Below, in pieces: positions 29,173 through 38,670 of a DNA stretch of 64,000 nucleotides. The DNA is from an uncultured Alphaproteobacteria bacterium. Its GTDB lineage: Bacteria > Pseudomonadota > Alphaproteobacteria > HIMB59 > GCA-002718135. Positions within the stretch are counted from its first letter, which is position 1, and every line of letters begins with the position of its first letter. The translations under genes were made by a program, and so were the position numbers. The notes beneath the pieces are model-generated. The model made no database searches and was not told the DNA's origin. It worked only from the letters and a program-made list of their open reading frames with translations. The DNA is taken from contig CACFLO010000001.1 of the NCBI GenBank assembly GCA_902567135.1, positions 49,748-113,747 on the forward strand. Reading direction: 5' to 3'.

Positions 29173-30084
29173 ATGCTACAATCAAAAGAATCTCAAATTC
29201 CTAATAATTTAATATCATTGGCTAAAAAAACGCCTAATCTTTCAGCAGGAATCATTTGTGCTAATCATGACTCCTCAATGGAATCAGCTAAAAAATCAGT
29301 TGAGTTAAATCTTATAAACCCAATTTTTATTGGCAACAAACAAGAGATCAATGAAAAGGCTGAAAAAATTGAATGGGATATAAATGCTTATGAAATAATT
29401 AATTCTTCTAATGATGTAGAGGCTGCAATTATTGGGGCAGAACTTGGAAGAGATAATAAAATAAAAGTAATGATTAAAGGCAATCTTCATACAGATGTTT
29501 TAATGAGAGCCTACTTAAAAAAAGAATTTGGTCTTATTGAAGGAAAAAGATTAAGCCATATTTGGCATATGACAATTTTAAAAGATGATAAACCACTTTT
29601 TATAACTGATGGAGCTTTAAATGTTGCGCCTCGTATTGATGTCAAAATGCATATACTTAAAAATGTTATTGAATTTGCAAACCAAATCGATATTGCAAAA
29701 CCAAGAGTAGCTATCTTATCAGGCACAGAAGATCCAATTGAAAGTATGCCAAGTTCTGTAGAGGCAAAAGAGTTAATGGAACGTGCAAAAAATGAAAATA
29801 TTAATGCTTATGTTCATGGACCTTTAGCTTTTGATAATGCTATTTCTCCAGAAGCTGCTGCAATTAAAAATATTTCTAATGAAGTCGCTGGAAAAGCTGA
29901 TATTCTTTTGGTTCCGAATTTAGAAACGGGTAACGCTTTATCAAAAATCATGGTTTACTTTATGGGAGCTTGCGCTGCTGGTTTTATTGTTGGCGGTAAA
30001 GTTCCTGTTGTTGTAACAAGTAGAGCAGATAGTTCTGCATCACGAATAGCATCTATCGCAGCTTCCGTTATAGCTGCGCAATAG
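29173..30084 (+). CDS. pta: Phosphate acetyl/butyryltransferase
   Basis: KGNLHTD, RLSH, ITDGALNVAP, GPLAFDNA, GKADILLVPNLETGN, TSRAD. Confidence 0.85.
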   Translation: MLQSKESQIPNNLISLAKKTPNLSAGIICANHDSSMESAKKSVELNLINPIFIGNKQEINEKAEKIEWDINAYEIINSSNDVEAAIIGAELGRDNKIKVMIKGNLHTDVLMRAYLKKEFGLIEGKRLSHIWHMTILKDDKPLFITDGALNVAPRIDVKMHILKNVIEFANQIDIAKPRVAILSGTEDPIESMPSSVEAKELMERAKNENINAYVHGPLAFDNAISPEAAAIKNISNEVAGKADILLVPNLETGNALSKIMVYFMGACAAGFIVGGKVPVVVTSRADSSASRIASIAASVIAAQ

Positions 30085-30986
30085 TGAAAAAAAATAGATT
30101 AATAAATGTTGCTTTATTGGCAATTGGAGCAACTTTCTTTGGTTCATTTATGGGGGCTGGAGTAAAATTACTCTCTACTGATCTTCATCCAATCATTATT
30201 TGTTTTTATCGATGCTTAATGGGATTGATAATTATTACTCCTTTTGTAGCAAGAAATAATTTTAAAGCACTTAAATCAAGTAATACCAAACTTCAATTAA
30301 TTAGAGCTTCAATAAATATCATTTCAATGATTTGTTGGTTTTCTGCAATTGGAATGATGCATTTTGAAAAAGCTACAGCTCTTGGATTTACAACACCTTT
30401 ATTTACAACTGTTTTAGCTGTTATTATTCTAGGTGAGGTAATTCGCTTTCATAGAACAGCAGCTCTAATCTTAGGTTTTGTTGGAATTATTATTATTATT
30501 CGTCCTGGCTACATGCCTTTTGAATTTGGCACACTATTGATGCTTGCTGCCTCTTTTAGTTTTTCTTTTGTTTTAATCTTAGTTAAAAAATTGTCTGATA
30601 CCGATTCTAGTTTAACAATTATTTTTTATCATTTGCTATACATGACTCCTGTTTTTTTTATTATTTCCCTATTTTTTTGGGAAAGCGTTAACTTTAATCA
30701 ATTAATAATTTTTGCATTTATGGGTGCGGCAGGATTGTTATCACATTGGTGTTTAGCGCAAGCTTTCAAACTTTCTGATACTACTTTTGTGATGCCACTT
30801 CAATTTACTAAATTAATATGGGCTTCTTTAATCGGATTATTTATATTTGCTGAACAACCAGACATTTGGACTTGGATTGGAGGTATAGTTATATTTATCT
30901 CTGTTCTCTATATTACTTACCGTGAAGCATTTAAAAAGAAAGGAACAAAAAAACCTATTCAAGTTGATAGAGCTATCATAAATTAA
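30084..30986 (+). CDS. DMT/EamA family transporter
   Basis: Ten TM segments, LGE, IIRPG; GTG start overlaps the pta stop. Confidence 0.8.
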   Translation: MKKNRLINVALLAIGATFFGSFMGAGVKLLSTDLHPIIICFYRCLMGLIIITPFVARNNFKALKSSNTKLQLIRASINIISMICWFSAIGMMHFEKATALGFTTPLFTTVLAVIILGEVIRFHRTAALILGFVGIIIIIRPGYMPFEFGTLLMLAASFSFSFVLILVKKLSDTDSSLTIIFYHLLYMTPVFFIISLFFWESVNFNQLIIFAFMGAAGLLSHWCLAQAFKLSDTTFVMPLQFTKLIWASLIGLFIFAEQPDIWTWIGGIVIFISVLYITYREAFKKKGTKKPIQVDRAIIN

Positions 30987-31035
30987 TGGATATTTAAAAA
31001 TTACTTTAAAAACTTTTTTAATTATTAAATTAATC

Positions 31036-31215
31036 TTAATGTGCTGTATGTGCTGTTGTTGAGTGTTTTCTTCCAGAAAATACATAGTCTCTAATTTCCG
31101 TCACTTCTTCTTGGGAAATTTTATTTGCAATAACTGCAAATTTATCAGAAATTTTAACTGAGAAATATACAGAAGTTAAAAGCACAATGATTATTCCTAA
31201 AGGTATATATTTCAT
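31036..31215 (-). CDS. Small (59 aa) single-TM hypothetical protein
   Basis: Hand-translated MKYIPLGIIIVLLTSVYFSVKISDKFAVIANKISQEEVTEIRDYVFSGRKHSTTAHTAH; GAAAGG upstream; fills an otherwise empty gap. Confidence 0.6.
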   Translation of the reverse strand: MKYIPLGIIIVLLTSVYFSVKISDKFAVIANKISQEEVTEIRDYVFSGRKHSTTAHTAH

Positions 31216-31350
31216 AAGTTGTAGCCTTTCTTAATATTTTCAATATCCTTATTATTATACAAAAATTTAAATGATAATACCATACCATTAAATCTACTTA
31301 AACCAATGGTTTGGAGAATTTTTAAATAAATACCCTAAAGAATATTATAA

Positions 31351-32118
31351 TTATTTTGCGGTCCAGCCACCATCTATCACTAAGGATGAGCCAGTAATCA
31401 TAGAGGAGGCATTCGATGCTAAATATACTACGGCCGTTGCAATATCACTTTCAGTACCAAAACGTCCCAAAGGAATATTATTCATCATTGTTTTCTTAAA
31501 TTTTTTATTTTCAAAAAATTTTTTTACCATTGGTGTTTCAACAAAAGTAGGGCAGACTGTATTTACTCGTATATTTTTTTTTGCCAAATCTAACGCCATC
31601 CCTCTTGTTAAACCTTCAAGACCAAATTTTGTCATATTATAAATACTTCTATTTGGTGCTCCAACTTTCCCTAATTGAGAAGACATATTGATAATAGAAC
31701 CACCTTTTGATTTTCTATTTTTTGACTCTAGCATAACTTTTGCAGCCATCTGTGCTACATGAAAAGCAGCTTTCATATTTAAATCAACTACATAATCCAT
31801 GTCTTCTTTTTTAATTTTAGTAAAATGATCTGGTCGATTAGCACCTGCATTGTTTACTAATATATCTAAAGAAGAAACTTTATTAAATACGTTTTTTACA
31901 TCTTCATAGTTTGAAACACCACATATATACGATTTACATTTTCTCTTAAGTTTAGTGATTTGTTTTTCAACTTTATCTAAATCGCTTTTAGTCCTACTAA
32001 GAATAATAAGATTAGCACCCGCCTCTGCCAAAGCTACAGCACAAGCTTTACCAATACCCTTGCCAGCTCCTGTAACTAAAGCTGTTTTATTTTTTACTTG
32101 TGTTTGCTGTAAATACAT
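31351..32118 (-). CDS. SDR dehydrogenase, HpsO-like
   Basis: TGAGKGIG, NNAG, SSQLGKVG, YNMTK, NTVCPTFVETP, DGGWTA; resembles SDRs that accompany hpsN. Confidence 0.75.
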   Translation of the reverse strand: MYLQQTQVKNKTALVTGAGKGIGKACAVALAEAGANLIILSRTKSDLDKVEKQITKLKRKCKSYICGVSNYEDVKNVFNKVSSLDILVNNAGANRPDHFTKIKKEDMDYVVDLNMKAAFHVAQMAAKVMLESKNRKSKGGSIINMSSQLGKVGAPNRSIYNMTKFGLEGLTRGMALDLAKKNIRVNTVCPTFVETPMVKKFFENKKFKKTMMNNIPLGRFGTESDIATAVVYLASNASSMITGSSLVIDGGWTAK

Positions 32119-32151
32119 TGTGTAAAATATAACATTAATATTAAATTCCTT

Positions 32152-33033
32152 CTAACCTTTTACTGCTCCAGCTGTTAATCCACTAACAATCTGTCTTTGA
32201 AAAAACAGTACAAAAAAGAATAATGGAGCAGTTGCTGAAACAACGGCTGCTACAGCATACATTACTTTACCTTCTTCTTGGACAGTACCTAGAAAACTTG
32301 CAATTGCTGGAATCATTGTTTCATTTTCATCTGAAAGCAACATGGATGTAACTGTAAAATCATTGTAAGCAAGAAGGAAACTAAATAATCCAGTAGTGAT
32401 TACACCTGGCCACATTATAGGAATGATCACATATCTAAATGCTTGAAATCTATTACAACCATCGCACATAGCGCTTTCATCTAAATCTTTTGGTATGTTT
32501 AAAAAAAATGAATGTAGCATCCACAAAGTAAAAGGTTGGTTAATTGCAACAAGCACAATTATTGTTGTGGGCAGAATTCCCCAAACATTCCATGCAAAAA
32601 AAGGTTGAAGATATCCTGAAATCAAAGTCATATGAGGCATCGCACGAAAGATAAGACCTGCCATTAAAATCCAGAAGGCGTAGCGATAAGTAGACCTTGC
32701 AAGAGCATAACCACCTAAAGTCCCAAAAGTAAGAGAAATTAAAACTGTAAAAAATACTACTATGCTTGTATTAATAACGGCGCGCCAAAATTCTTCTTCA
32801 ATCCAAGAGCCATAATATCCACCCATAGTAAAAAAACTGCCTGTTTGTTTTTCAGTATGAAAGCCAAATATTGCATTTGACCAATCAGCTTTTGAAAAAA
32901 AATCAGCTTGTACTTTGAAGGATCCCCACAATGTCCAAATAAAAGGAAACATAGCAACAATCAACCAAAGAGCTACAAATATAAAAGCAATAATACGAAC
33001 TGGGGTTAATTTATTTTCAATTTTTGTATTCAC
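32152..33033 (-). CDS. Carbohydrate-type (CUT1) ABC permease, MalG-like
   Basis: GYALAR, IPKDLDESAMCDGC (EAA loop), QRQIVSGLTAGAVKG. Confidence 0.92.
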   Translation of the reverse strand: MNTKIENKLTPVRIIAFIFVALWLIVAMFPFIWTLWGSFKVQADFFSKADWSNAIFGFHTEKQTGSFFTMGGYYGSWIEEEFWRAVINTSIVVFFTVLISLTFGTLGGYALARSTYRYAFWILMAGLIFRAMPHMTLISGYLQPFFAWNVWGILPTTIIVLVAINQPFTLWMLHSFFLNIPKDLDESAMCDGCNRFQAFRYVIIPIMWPGVITTGLFSFLLAYNDFTVTSMLLSDENETMIPAIASFLGTVQEEGKVMYAVAAVVSATAPLFFFVLFFQRQIVSGLTAGAVKG

Positions 33034-33039
33034 AAATTC

Positions 33040-34074
33040 CTAACCTTTATTTTTTTCTTTAAAATCTCGCCATGTTCGAATTAGTACGGGCAAAAGTAAA
33101 ATTGCTACACCAAAAATAGTAATCATAGATGTAGCACCTGCGGCGTTATAGAGAGGGTAAGCACTTTCTCGCAAATGATTCCATATTAACCACGATATTG
33201 AGGTGGCGTGCGCTTCAGCTCTAAAACCTATGATTGGTTCAAAAACTCTAAAATTATCCATCAAAAGTATTAAAGTTATGAAAATAGCAAGTGGCATTAA
33301 ATGAGGAATAACAACGTGGCGTATTCTTTGAAATTTTGATGCTCCATCTATTGTTGCCGCCTCTATTGTTTCTTGAGGAACCGTTTGAAGACCTGCATAA
33401 AAAACAATAAAACTAAAAGGCATCAAATGCCAAATACCGTATACCATTAACATAATCCAGGTAAGCACAGGTGATGCTTTCAAGCTAAGAGAATTATCAT
33501 TAAATATTTTTTGGAGTGTAGCTCCAATCACACCATCACCGTCAACCATCCAGAAAAGTATCAATGAGCCAACAAGAGGTGTAACTATCATTGGAAGAAG
33601 AGATGCAAAAATTGTTGGACCTTTAAACATCTTTGGAAGATTGTTAACTCCAACGGCAACTAAAAAACCAAGAAATAAGACAAAGGGAGTAACTATAAAG
33701 GTATAAGTAAGAGTGAAACTGAGCGCTCTATATAAGGGGTAATTATATAATTTTTTAACAAAAACTGTAAAACTATCCGAGCTCTTCCAAGCCTCTCCTA
33801 ATTCATCAAATGCAAAATGCATTCTGTTTGAATACGTTTTAAATCCATTAAATTTACCAAGAGGTGCTTTTTCTTTTAACTTTGCGGAAGCTTCAGTATC
33901 CACAGATGTTGTTGTCTCACAACCAAAAGGATCACAATTTTCTGTAACAATTATTACTTGTTTATGTTCAATATGTAGAGATTGAATAAAAACAGAAACT
34001 ATAGGTATTGCAATAAATAAAAACATTACGCTTAATGAAGGAAGAGAAAATAATAAGAATGTGCTGTGCTTCAT
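33040..34074 (-). CDS. Carbohydrate-type (CUT1) ABC permease, MalF-like
   Basis: LLPMIVTP, AGLQTVPQETIEAATIDGAS, DNFRVFE. Confidence 0.92.
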   Translation of the reverse strand: MKHSTFLLFSLPSLSVMFLFIAIPIVSVFIQSLHIEHKQVIIVTENCDPFGCETTTSVDTEASAKLKEKAPLGKFNGFKTYSNRMHFAFDELGEAWKSSDSFTVFVKKLYNYPLYRALSFTLTYTFIVTPFVLFLGFLVAVGVNNLPKMFKGPTIFASLLPMIVTPLVGSLILFWMVDGDGVIGATLQKIFNDNSLSLKASPVLTWIMLMVYGIWHLMPFSFIVFYAGLQTVPQETIEAATIDGASKFQRIRHVVIPHLMPLAIFITLILLMDNFRVFEPIIGFRAEAHATSISWLIWNHLRESAYPLYNAAGATSMITIFGVAILLLPVLIRTWRDFKEKNKG

Positions 34075-34104
34075 TATGCGATTTTAAATTACATAGAAAG
34101 ATAC

Positions 34105-34132
34105 AAGGGGTTTTCAAATTTGAAAACCCCTT
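34105..34132 (-). terminator. Stem-loop between binding-protein and permease genes
   Basis: Perfect 28-bp palindrome AAGGGGTTTTCAAA|TTTGAAAACCCCTT. Confidence 0.7.
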
Positions 34133-34154
34133 TTTACTGATTTATTTATATTGA

Positions 34155-35396
34155 CTACAGATAACCTGCGTCTTTAGCAGCTGTTTCGTAAACAGCCTCT
34201 ACATCACTAAGTGCTTGTTCAGCGCTCTCTGATCCCTTTAAAAAATCAACTAGCTCTGCACCTAATGCATTGTGCAGCAAGCCCATTTGAGCAAACATTG
34301 GGTAAGATTTAGCACCGCCTTGAGCAGTTGCAGAAACTCCTGCTGCAGCTGGACCAGGTTTAAAACCATCAATTAACCAAATTGCATCATCATTATTAGC
34401 AGCAACCATTTCTGAAGTCATACCACTTACAAGTGCTGCAAAAGTTGCTTCTGCTTCACTGTCAGACACGTTAGTAGCTATAGTTATTCCATCCCACCAT
34501 AAAGTTGCTCCTGGTATTGAACCACCAGTAACAGTTGGAGCTGCAGATAGAACAGTATTTGAAGTCACTTCAGCTGAAGAACCTTCATTATCTAGTATAA
34601 CTCCTCCGCGAGAACCCCACATAAAGCCAATTGCCGCTTGACCAGCTTCCCATAATCCTTGCGTATCATCAGATGCCTGCGTTAAATGATCTTCGTGAGC
34701 ATACTCTACAAGAGCTTTCATTGTTTCTAGAGCAGCAACACCTTTGGCATTATTAATAGATGCTTCAGCACTACCAGGCTTAAAGAATTCTCCACCATGT
34801 GCTAGGTATATAGTGTTAAATACTTCACCAACATTCCATCCGACTTTGAGATTCATTACAAGTGGATGCTCCATGATACCAGCTGCACGTATTTTTTCAG
34901 CAGCAGAAATTACTTCATCATAAGTTGCTGGTATTCCATCAACTCCAGATTTTTCTAAAATATCTGTTCTATAATACATGTGCTGAGAATTTGCCATAAA
35001 AGCTATTGCCATTATTTTTCCATCAATAGTTATCAGTTGGTTAGATTTTAAGTGCCCACCATATTTTTCAACTAAATCATCTAATGGTCTAACAAGCCCA
35101 TCGTTCATTAATTGAACTAGAGTAGAGTTAGCTACAATAACTGAAGTATACTCTGCTGGATTTGGTGTTTGAGCAGCATTCATTATTTGACGTGCTTCGG
35201 TAGTATGATTTCGATTGAATTCAGAAGCAGATCCTGCACAATTACTTTCAGCAGAATTTGCTATTGCGTGAATTGCTGGAAAATCACTTGCTAGAATTCG
35301 GATTGATTGCCCATTAGGTCCACAATCAGCTGCATACAATGATGAGCTGAAAAATAGGGAAATAAATCCAACTAATATTAATTTTTTAAATATCAT
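34155..35396 (-). CDS. ABC substrate-binding protein, family 1
   Basis: Signal peptide, RPLDDLV, YYRTDIL..G...P.TYDE; GGGAGG RBS. Confidence 0.9.
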   Translation of the reverse strand: MIFKKLILVGFISLFFSSSLYAADCGPNGQSIRILASDFPAIHAIANSAESNCAGSASEFNRNHTTEARQIMNAAQTPNPAEYTSVIVANSTLVQLMNDGLVRPLDDLVEKYGGHLKSNQLITIDGKIMAIAFMANSQHMYYRTDILEKSGVDGIPATYDEVISAAEKIRAAGIMEHPLVMNLKVGWNVGEVFNTIYLAHGGEFFKPGSAEASINNAKGVAALETMKALVEYAHEDHLTQASDDTQGLWEAGQAAIGFMWGSRGGVILDNEGSSAEVTSNTVLSAAPTVTGGSIPGATLWWDGITIATNVSDSEAEATFAALVSGMTSEMVAANNDDAIWLIDGFKPGPAAAGVSATAQGGAKSYPMFAQMGLLHNALGAELVDFLKGSESAEQALSDVEAVYETAAKDAGYL

Positions 35397-35486
35397 TTTT
35401 CCTCCCTATTAATTACCCTTAAAATAAATTGTTATGTTAAGAGAATTAATATTATAAATATTTATAATTAATATATTGCATTGTTT

Positions 35487-35500
35487 TGAATAAATATGCA
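35487..35500. promoter_or_regulatory. Putative operator of the adjacent LacI regulator
   Basis: TGAATA-AA-TATGCA near-palindrome in the divergent SBP/LacI spacer; another TGAATA at 35507. Confidence 0.5.
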
Positions 35501-35536
35501 ATGTAATGAATAATATTTCGGTGGATAAAGGCATAA

Positions 35537-36538
35537 ATGAAAACTAAATTAAAGAATCCAACATCCCAGAATGTGGCCACATTAGCTGGTGTATCCCAGT
35601 CAGCAGTCTCTCGGTGCTTCACCAAAGGAGCCAGTATCTCAAGTCGCACAAAATTACGCGTCATCGAAGCTGCTAAAAAATTGGGCTATAAACATCAAAC
35701 TATTCAGCATTCTTTTTCTTCATCAGTGGATGGTGGGCTAGTGGGCGTAATATTACCCTATATCACCAATAGATATTATCCTGAAGTCCTAACTGAATTA
35801 CATGAGGCTCTTCGAATGAGTGGGTACAGGATACTTTTGATTACAACCGATGATGGTGAAGAACTTGATAACAACTTAATTCAACCTTACCTAAAAGAGA
35901 GATTGGTTGCGATTGTTTCGGCTACAAAGCCTACGGATACATTTGTAGAAAATTGTTTATCCAAACAAATTCAACTTATCGCTTTTAATAGAAATTGGAA
36001 AATACCCACATTGAGTTCTGTAGCTTGTGATCACAGATATGGTGGAGAAGCAGCGGCAGAACATTTCATTACCAATGGACATATTAATATAGGAATAGTT
36101 GAAGGACCAACTGGATCCTTTGTAAGTAATGAAAGATGTAAAGGTTTTAAAAACCATTTTAAAAATTTAAACAAAATTAAACTTTTTCATGAAAGAGGAA
36201 ATTTTACATATGAAGGAGGTTTCGAGTCAGCAAAAAAACTTTTAAAAAAAAATATTACAGCATTGTTTTGTGCTGACGATACTATGGCTTTTGGTTGCCT
36301 TGATTATATTAAAGAAAATACAAAATTAAATATCCCAAAAGAAATAGAGATAATTGGATATGATGACATATCAACAGCAAATTGGCATTCATATAATTTA
36401 ACAACAATTAGACAACCTATTAGACAAATGTCAAAGCTTGTTACCCAAATTATAGATGATAATATAAAGGATCCAGAATTTGAGCCTATTAATCATGTAA
36501 TACAAGGCAAATTTATTTATCGAAATACAACTAGATAA
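35537..36538 (+). CDS. LacI family transcriptional regulator (HpsR-like)
   Basis: TSQNVATLAGVSQSAVSR HTH, AAKKLGY, IGYDD, LTTIRQP. Confidence 0.92.
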   Translation: MKTKLKNPTSQNVATLAGVSQSAVSRCFTKGASISSRTKLRVIEAAKKLGYKHQTIQHSFSSSVDGGLVGVILPYITNRYYPEVLTELHEALRMSGYRILLITTDDGEELDNNLIQPYLKERLVAIVSATKPTDTFVENCLSKQIQLIAFNRNWKIPTLSSVACDHRYGGEAAAEHFITNGHINIGIVEGPTGSFVSNERCKGFKNHFKNLNKIKLFHERGNFTYEGGFESAKKLLKKNITALFCADDTMAFGCLDYIKENTKLNIPKEIEIIGYDDISTANWHSYNLTTIRQPIRQMSKLVTQIIDDNIKDPEFEPINHVIQGKFIYRNTTR

Positions 36539-36550
36539 AAAATTAACAAT

Positions 36551-37681
36551 TCAAATTATATTTGAGGCTATTTTAGCACCTTTAACTAGGGAGTCTAATT
36601 TTTCATAACAAATTTTCTCGTCAACTTTTCCAAATCCAGCAAATGTACTAAAACCACAATCTGTACCTGCCATAATCTGATCTTTTGGAACAACACTTGC
36701 AAATTGTCTAAGTCGATCTGAAACAACTTCAGGGTGTTCAACAAAATTCGATGTGGAATCAATAACCCCTGGAACAATAACTTTATCTTTTGGTAATTTA
36801 ATATTCTCAAACACCTTCCATTCATGTGCATGTCTTGGATTTGAAGACTCAATTAACAAGTATTTAGTTTTAGCTTTTAGAACAATTGGTAAAATTTTCT
36901 CCAAACCAACATCAAAAGTATGAGGCCCTTCATAATTACCCCAGCAAATATGAATTCTAATTTGATCCTGTGGAACTGCTGCGAGAGAAGCATTGAGAGC
37001 TTCAATTTGTTTTTCAGCGCGATGTAAAAAACTTTTTTCATCCATATCTTTGAAATTCATATGTCTAGCTAAAGCCAAATCAGGACAATCAATTTGTAAA
37101 TATAAATTTTTTGATGTAATTTTTTCATATTCATCAGACATTATTGAAGAGAGCTTTTCAAGATATTCATCATCATTTTTATAATATTTGTTTGGTAAAA
37201 AAACATTTATAACTCCTGGGGAAGCAGAATTCATAAAGCCGTTTTTATGGTTGTTTGATTTAAGAGCAGATGTAAAATTATTTATATCTTTTAAAAGATC
37301 ACTATTTTTTTTAAGTGACAGCTCTCCAGTACAACAGGGACGGGTGTAAGTAGGCGTTCCACCACTTTTGGCAATTTTTTCTTTATATTCGGGAAATGCA
37401 TCCAAATCAGCAGGGGTTCTTCTTTCACTTTCTCCAGAAAAGCCATTTATTCTCTCTTTGACATAGGTAGCATAACTGATTTTACTCATTTCCCCATCAC
37501 TGATAAAATCAATACCAATATCTAATTGTTTTTTTACAATTTCATGCACATTTTGAGATACTACTTCATCAAACTCATTTAAATTAAAACTTTCTCCCTT
37601 ATCTTTAGTAAAAAGAAATTCAGATAATATTTTTGAACGTGGTAAACTTCCAACATGTGTTGTTAAAATTTTCGTATTCAA
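36551..37681 (-). CDS. MetE C-terminal-fold Zn thiol-alkylating enzyme (methionine synthase II / epoxyalkane:CoM transferase-like)
   Basis: TTHVGSLPR, SDGEMSK, ASPG, QIDCPDL; Zn ligands HICWGNY, IES, GTDCGF; TTG start with AAGGA. Confidence 0.85.
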   Translation of the reverse strand: MNTKILTTHVGSLPRSKILSEFLFTKDKGESFNLNEFDEVVSQNVHEIVKKQLDIGIDFISDGEMSKISYATYVKERINGFSGESERRTPADLDAFPEYKEKIAKSGGTPTYTRPCCTGELSLKKNSDLLKDINNFTSALKSNNHKNGFMNSASPGVINVFLPNKYYKNDDEYLEKLSSIMSDEYEKITSKNLYLQIDCPDLALARHMNFKDMDEKSFLHRAEKQIEALNASLAAVPQDQIRIHICWGNYEGPHTFDVGLEKILPIVLKAKTKYLLIESSNPRHAHEWKVFENIKLPKDKVIVPGVIDSTSNFVEHPEVVSDRLRQFASVVPKDQIMAGTDCGFSTFAGFGKVDEKICYEKLDSLVKGAKIASNII

Positions 37682-37694
37682 TGTTTATCTATCC

Positions 37695-38666
37695 TTAACC
37701 AGTTTTCATTAAAATTTGTTTCCATATTGCAGTTTCATCAAATAAAACCCACTCATTTTTTATACCTCTGGGACCAAATTCTGCATGAGAAATTCCCATT
37801 ACATAAACTTCTGCTTGACTAGAATTGCCAAAATACCCAGGACCAGAGTGAATACCATTTAAAGACCATCTTATCGCTGCTTTTCTATATGCTGCAGGCT
37901 CATCCAGATAACTGACATGTTCAATTTTAAATGTCACTTCAGGAAAGGAAGAAAAAATTGATGACCAAAAAGATTTAACCTCGTCTACTCCATACGCTTT
38001 AAGACCACTAGGTTGTTCTTGATTAATAGATCTGTCATAAAATTTTTCAATACTATCCAAATCCTTTTGAAATATAGTTTTTAATATTTCAGCATATTCA
38101 TAACCAGTGTTATTTTTAGGCAAACTTAACTGGGTATATTTTAAATCTAGAGGTGTATTTTGATTAAAAGGTATAGAGCATTTTGTTACACCACCTTGCT
38201 TATCAATTAATGTTTTAGCATAGGTTTTTGGATCTAAATTTAACTGTCTGACTATTGCTCCCTGATCTCTAACCAACCATTCATCATAAACTTGATTATT
38301 TTTACAAGCACAATCTGCTATAACTCTGTAAGATAGTTTAATTCCTGTGGCTTTTCCGTAAATTCCATCATTTAGATGAGTTGCTTTTGTTAAAATACGA
38401 TGCGAAGATAAATAACCATCATTTTCATTACCTATCCAAATAACATCCTCTCCAAGAAGTTGCCGATCTGGAAATTCGTCAAGCGTAGCATAAGTTGCTT
38501 TTACTACTGTATCAGGTCCGTAGATAACTCCATCAGGAGATCTTACCGGAATTCCCTTTGCATAATACTCTCTAATTGACTCAACATCTTTATCCTCCCA
38601 AATCTGATGGGTAATCTTAAGAATATAATCAGGCAGATCTTTAAATTTTTTATCAAATCCCTGCAT
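37695..38666 (-). CDS. Tandem SnoaL/NTF2-like (ester cyclase family) protein
   Basis: Two NTF2-like halves: FPDRQLLGED...THL.DG.YG...DEWLVRD and FPEVTF.IEH...HSG.G.FG...EWVLFDE. Confidence 0.78.
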   Translation of the reverse strand: MQGFDKKFKDLPDYILKITHQIWEDKDVESIREYYAKGIPVRSPDGVIYGPDTVVKATYATLDEFPDRQLLGEDVIWIGNENDGYLSSHRILTKATHLNDGIYGKATGIKLSYRVIADCACKNNQVYDEWLVRDQGAIVRQLNLDPKTYAKTLIDKQGGVTKCSIPFNQNTPLDLKYTQLSLPKNNTGYEYAEILKTIFQKDLDSIEKFYDRSINQEQPSGLKAYGVDEVKSFWSSIFSSFPEVTFKIEHVSYLDEPAAYRKAAIRWSLNGIHSGPGYFGNSSQAEVYVMGISHAEFGPRGIKNEWVLFDETAIWKQILMKTG

Positions 38667-38670
38667 TAAA

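Noticed and set aside
30837..31085. 82-aa minus-strand ORF
   Set aside because: Overlaps the DMT gene antisense; the 59-aa ORF at 31036-31215 has a better RBS and TM segment.
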